Of a stretch of 43,745 nt of DNA, positions 39,696 to 43,745 are shown in pieces. The notes under the pieces are model-generated. The model was not told where the DNA came from. It saw only the letters and a program-made list of their open reading frames with translations, and did not search any database. Each line of letters starts with the position of its first letter. The stretch's first letter is position 1. Source of the stretch: Comamonadaceae bacterium (GTDB lineage Bacteria; Pseudomonadota; Gammaproteobacteria; Burkholderiales; Burkholderiaceae_C). Made by a program: the position numbers and the translations under genes. The DNA is taken from assembly GCA_947478935.1 (NCBI GenBank), contig CANJXV010000001.1, forward strand, positions 1 to 43,745, in the 5' to 3' direction.

Positions 39696-41872
39696 AGCTT
39701 GAATTCAGTACTGAAGTTAATGCCGGTGCGCGCCAGTCGAGCGTTGTAAACACTGGCTCCATTACTGTTACTGCTCAGTGATTCATTGGCCAGCGGCGCA
39801 ATATTGCTCAGTGCCAGACGCATCGATGCCTTGTCATTGACCGTCCACCGCGCAAACATATCGATGCTGCGACTGCGGCCCTGGTCCAGGGTTTGGCTAA
39901 TGCTTTGGCGTGTCATAAAGTCAGGCGTGAAGGCCAAGCTTCCTCCCATGGTCAGCGGCATCGTGTTGAAACGGTAATCTATCCCGAAAGTGCCGGACCA
40001 AGGCTGTTGCCCATCTAAGCGGTTGTACGGTCCGGGCAAGGTATCCACTTCGGAGCGGTAGTAATTCAGTGCGCTGCGCAAGCTCAAGGGCAGCTTGGCA
40101 TCAAATAACACAGGCAACAATTCACCAGCGCGTCCTTTGAGTTCCAGCTCTAGCCCCGCCGCCCGACCCGACGAAAAATTGCTCGCTTGGGACACCCAGC
40201 GCGGTGCCGTGCCATAGCCTGGGCTGGCCTGCAAGCTAGTCACGCCGCGCACCAAATCACTAATCTCGCGATAAAAAATACCTGCGCTAAACAGACCACC
40301 ACCAGACAGATATTTTTCATAAGTCAAGTCCAAGCCGGTTGCTAGTTCAGGCCGCAACGCAGGGTTGCCCACACTGTCCGGGGCCAGCGCAGTATTGCTT
40401 TGGCTTAGGTCGGCATATAAGGTATTGGGCGAAGGACGGGCCAGCAAAGTGCTGATGTCCGGCGCTTTATAACTGCGGGTCAGGCTCGCACGCACCAGGT
40501 CTTTGCCAGCCGCATCCAATTTATAAGCCACATGCAGCATGGGCGTGAGGACGGCGCTGGTATGACTCAGGTCTATTTCCCGGCCGGTACTTTGCGTGGC
40601 GATGCGCTCATGGCGCAGGCCTAGCGTGGCCGACCATTGCGGCGAAACCTGCCATTCATCCTGCACAAAGAGCGCAGTTTTTTGCACTTGTGCGGAAAAC
40701 GCCTGGCCTTCCAAGCCGCTTATCAAGGCTAGACCTTGCACGCTGGCATTGCGCGTCTCGTCGCGTTGGCGCAGTTCGAGATCCCAGCCGAGCGCAAGGC
40801 TGTGCGCTTCGTTGATCAACCGCGTGTAATTACCTGTCTGGGTAAGCGAGGTTTCGCGGTTATCGCCGACGGTGCGTTGCTGCAGCGCACCCGCGCCCTG
40901 GCTTTGGTTGTCAAATCGGCCACGCGAAGCCTGGATACCAGCTTTGACTTCGATACGCTCATCCGCAGAAAAATTATTCACCCATTGCAGACGGCTGCGG
41001 GCAAATTCCCAGCCGCCTTCGTTGTTGGTGTCGCCATCGAGCGCGGGGCTACCTGCCAACACCTGGTTGCTGTAGCGCGTGCTGCTGTTCCAGGCGCCGC
41101 TTTGCACAAAAGATTGCCAGCTCAGGGTTTCGTCTTCACTGATGCGCCACGTCAGCACCGGCCCTAGGTTGATGCCTTGGCCTTGGTAGCGGTTATCGCC
41201 TTTTTGAATCGCGTCGGCAGCGGAGCCATTGTCCGCAAGACTTTGTCGGTGGCTTTCACTGTCAATCTGGCCGCGCCACTGAAAAGTGGAAATAGGCAAG
41301 CTCAAGGACACATCGCCCCATTTTTCCCCGAGCGTGAAGCTGCCTGAAGCAGTCGGCTTTTCAAAACGGTAAGCCGCGCTTAAACGCAAGTCGCGCTGCG
41401 AGCGCTTGGGTGCGTCTTTCAAAATAATGTTGATGGTGCCGGCCACCGCCTGTGCGCTTTGGCTGGCGGTGGGGCCTTTGCTCACTTCGATGCGCTCGAC
41501 CAACGCCGGGTCCAACTGGTCCAACGCAAAGCCCGGTGGCGCCGGGTCACCGTTAATCAGGATTTGGGTATAGCCCGCGCTCATGCCGCGCAAACGCGGT
41601 GCATTGCCCTGCATGGTGACACCGGGCAAGCGCTGCAAGACATCGGCCACATTGGTGTCGCCAAACTTGTCCAATTCTTCTCGGCCGTAGATTTGCTTGG
41701 CTGTGCTGGCGCGGCGGCGCAACTCAGTATCAGTTTGCCGGGTGCTAATCTCCACGCGCTCCAGCTTGGCGCCGGGTGCCGGGCCAGCCTCGGGGTTAGC
41801 CCCGGTGTCCTGAGCCAGCGCGGTGGCCAGGTAAGCGCTAAAGATAAGAATGCCTGAACCAAGGCGCGGCAT
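39692..41872 (-). CDS. TonB-dependent outer-membrane receptor
   Basis: Signal peptide, TonB-box-like LERVEIS, plug domain (LQRLPGV, RLRG, LING, VERIEVSKGP, AGTINII), GNPALRPE. Start uncertain (41872, 41899 or 41953). Confidence 0.9.
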   Translation of the reverse strand: MPRLGSGILIFSAYLATALAQDTGANPEAGPAPGAKLERVEISTRQTDTELRRRASTAKQIYGREELDKFGDTNVADVLQRLPGVTMQGNAPRLRGMSAGYTQILINGDPAPPGFALDQLDPALVERIEVSKGPTASQSAQAVAGTINIILKDAPKRSQRDLRLSAAYRFEKPTASGSFTLGEKWGDVSLSLPISTFQWRGQIDSESHRQSLADNGSAADAIQKGDNRYQGQGINLGPVLTWRISEDETLSWQSFVQSGAWNSSTRYSNQVLAGSPALDGDTNNEGGWEFARSRLQWVNNFSADERIEVKAGIQASRGRFDNQSQGAGALQQRTVGDNRETSLTQTGNYTRLINEAHSLALGWDLELRQRDETRNASVQGLALISGLEGQAFSAQVQKTALFVQDEWQVSPQWSATLGLRHERIATQSTGREIDLSHTSAVLTPMLHVAYKLDAAGKDLVRASLTRSYKAPDISTLLARPSPNTLYADLSQSNTALAPDSVGNPALRPELATGLDLTYEKYLSGGGLFSAGIFYREISDLVRGVTSLQASPGYGTAPRWVSQASNFSSGRAAGLELELKGRAGELLPVLFDAKLPLSLRSALNYYRSEVDTLPGPYNRLDGQQPWSGTFGIDYRFNTMPLTMGGSLAFTPDFMTRQSISQTLDQGRSRSIDMFARWTVNDKASMRLALSNIAPLANESLSSNSNGASVYNARLARTGINFSTEFKL

Positions 41873-42054
41873 CGGTGCCGGGAAAATAAAACAATGCATG
41901 CGCGCACTGTAGCGCCATGATGTGAAAGCGGTGGACAGTATGGAGCGATACACGCAGGCCGTTAAAGCCCATCGGGGCTAGGCGACCGAGGCATAGGTCG
42001 CGCTTGCAAACCGCTGCGTTCTGGCGCGCCCGCTAGGGTGCGCACTAAGCCTTG

Positions 42055-43038
42055 CTATTCTTCACCCCGCAAGCGCAAAAAGCTGGCAAAACGCGGAATG
42101 CCTTGGGGCGTGCGTCCGCGGTAACGATAGGTAACCCAGCTGCCCACAGCAGGCGGTGTGCGCCGGTCGGCCTGGCTAAAGCCAGTGCCAAGGGTAAAGC
42201 GCTTTTTGTCAGGCGTCTCTAGCAAAAGTCCGCCCATCTGGCCCTCGAACTGGCCTTTGCCCGCAATCAGCGCCAGCACTCGTCCCTCTTCATCTGCATA
42301 GGGTTTGAGCTTGCGCACCGCGTTGCTGCGGCCCGGCTGCCACAGGGCGTCCCAGTGGTGCAAGACCAAGCCTTCGCCGCCTTGATCGACCACGCTTTGT
42401 AGGCGCTCGGTCAGTTCCTGCGCTGCGCCTACGCTGCCCTGGGTCACCAGTACAAGCCAATGGGTCTGCGCGGCAGCGACCAATTCCTGCGCCCGTTGGT
42501 AACGCTGGCGGAACGTCAATCCAGTGGCAGGTGCGTCAAACACCATATAACGCACCGCGCGCCATTCCTCGTCCACCGGCTGGGCCTTGCGCACCGCAGC
42601 GGACAGGTGGTCAAAGCTGCCCCGGCCCATCCAAAGCTCGCCGTCCAGCGCCTCAGACGGCAATGCGGCCAAAAACCAGGCCGGCGCCGCAATCTCGCGC
42701 CCGCTGCGATAACGCAGTTTTTTGCCATCCCACAAAGCGCGAATACCGTCGAGTTTTTCACTGAGCGCATAAATGCGCGCGTCTAATTGCTTGTCCCAGG
42801 ATGTCGCCCATTCAGCCAGCGCCCCGCCCTGGGCCGGCCGTGCTTCTTGACTCGCTTGATTGGCTTCTCGTACGCTTTTTTGGGCTTTGGGCGCTGATTG
42901 CGCACTAACATGCTTGGCAGCTCGGCCCAGCCCCGGCCACCATGCCAAGGTGCTCGCAATTGCCAGCGTAATCGCCTTGATCCGGAAAATTTGCGCATGA
43001 CTGCGCGCGTGGACGGCTGTCCGGTTTTGGATTCTCAT
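42055..43038 (-). CDS. Minimal ATP-dependent DNA ligase with N-terminal export signal (Lig E type)
   Basis: Motif I SEKLDG, LDGELW, YMVFD, GEGLV, KLKP, and OB domain GTGFS..PRFASF; hydrophobic N-terminal segment ITLAIASTLAWW. Confidence 0.87.
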   Translation of the reverse strand: MRIQNRTAVHARSHAQIFRIKAITLAIASTLAWWPGLGRAAKHVSAQSAPKAQKSVREANQASQEARPAQGGALAEWATSWDKQLDARIYALSEKLDGIRALWDGKKLRYRSGREIAAPAWFLAALPSEALDGELWMGRGSFDHLSAAVRKAQPVDEEWRAVRYMVFDAPATGLTFRQRYQRAQELVAAAQTHWLVLVTQGSVGAAQELTERLQSVVDQGGEGLVLHHWDALWQPGRSNAVRKLKPYADEEGRVLALIAGKGQFEGQMGGLLLETPDKKRFTLGTGFSQADRRTPPAVGSWVTYRYRGRTPQGIPRFASFLRLRGEE

Positions 43039-43117
43039 AGTTCCCCCTGCTAGCGGCGCGTTGTGCGTTGCCTAGGGCTTAAATGTATCCAATTTTTTAA
43101 TTAATAAAGCTGTGCAG

Positions 43118-43675
43118 CTAAATCAAAAGACGGGACGAGTGCGGCACATGGGACATCAAAAATTCCATCTGGTCGGCAAGGATGCGGCGGTTGCGCAAGA
43201 TGAAGTCTTCCCACAGGCTGGGCACGTAGGGCGCAAAGAGCAAAGGCATGTGCGCCTGTTCAGGCGTTCGGTGGCTTTTGCGGTGGTTGCAGGGACGGCA
43301 TGCGGTGACCACGTTCATCCAGTTGTCGACGCCATTTTGAGCGAACGGGATGATGTGCTCGCGTGTTAGGTCAGACTCGTGAAAATGCCCGCCGCAGTAG
43401 GCGCAGACATTGCGGTCGCGGGCGAAGAGCTTGCTGTTGGTCAGGCCCGGACGCAAGTTAAAGGGGTTGATATTGGGCACGCCACGCGTGCCAATGATGC
43501 TATTGACCCGGATCACCGACTGCAGGCCTGTAACGGCATTGTGACCGCCGCGAAAAACGGCTATCTCGCCGCCGGACTCCCAGCGCACTTCGCCTGCTGC
43601 GTAATTGACGACCGCGTGCTCAAGGGAAATCCAGGACTGCGGAAGCCCCTGGGCCGACAACTTCAGTACTTTCAA
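43118..43675 (-). CDS. HNH endonuclease (McrA/HNH_5-like)
   Basis: RD..CAYCG..LTREHIIP..N..TACRPCN.RK; TTG at 43675 preceded by GGAGGA. Confidence 0.88.
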   Translation of the reverse strand: MKVLKLSAQGLPQSWISLEHAVVNYAAGEVRWESGGEIAVFRGGHNAVTGLQSVIRVNSIIGTRGVPNINPFNLRPGLTNSKLFARDRNVCAYCGGHFHESDLTREHIIPFAQNGVDNWMNVVTACRPCNHRKSHRTPEQAHMPLLFAPYVPSLWEDFILRNRRILADQMEFLMSHVPHSSRLLI

Positions 43676-43745
43676 GCAATTCCTCCAGATCAGCAAAGAC
43701 ACCGGGAAAACCACGTCACACTGGGCGACCCCGCTGCGGGCCCTA

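Noticed and set aside
41880-41900. Fur box upstream of the TonB-dependent receptor
   Set aside because: AT-rich patch GAAAATAAAACAATGCAT matches the GATAATGATAATCATTATC consensus only weakly.
43118-43675. HNH gene as a mobile element or defence system marker
   Set aside because: No integrase, methylase, intron or phage genes nearby; composition resembles the flanking chromosome.

Overview
GC-rich betaproteobacterial chromosome segment. The gene order aceEF-lpdA / PAS kinase-FixJ-like regulator / folD / prlC suggests Burkholderiales, probably Comamonadaceae (inference). 1-11.4 kb: hydroxyproline uptake and catabolism cluster (ABC transporter, aconitase X, Cys/Cys and Ser/Cys proline-racemase-family enzymes, Pyr2C reductase, three-subunit D-hydroxyproline dehydrogenase, GntR regulator). 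11.5-17.3 kb: DUF423 protein, histone-deacetylase-family enzyme, Zn alcohol dehydrogenase, divergent YdcF/ElyC and PagL genes, acyl-CoA ligase. 17.3-21.4 kb: four-gene Anbu operon (circularly permuted ATP-grasp, alpha-E, transglutaminase, proteasome-type protease) behind a good sigma-54 promoter with NtrC-like boxes. 21.4-27.2 kb: acyltransferase-3, MFS transporter, NlpC/P60 lipoprotein and an AT-richer GT90/GT4 pair. 27.3-39.7 kb: housekeeping block, with a CGTC-type REP-like element embedded in frame in the lpdA linker. 39.7-43.7 kb: co-oriented HNH nuclease, secreted-type ATP-dependent DNA ligase and TonB-dependent receptor. No rRNA, tRNA, CRISPR array, transposase or integrase was recognised. 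All calls come from motif recognition by eye, with no database searches.
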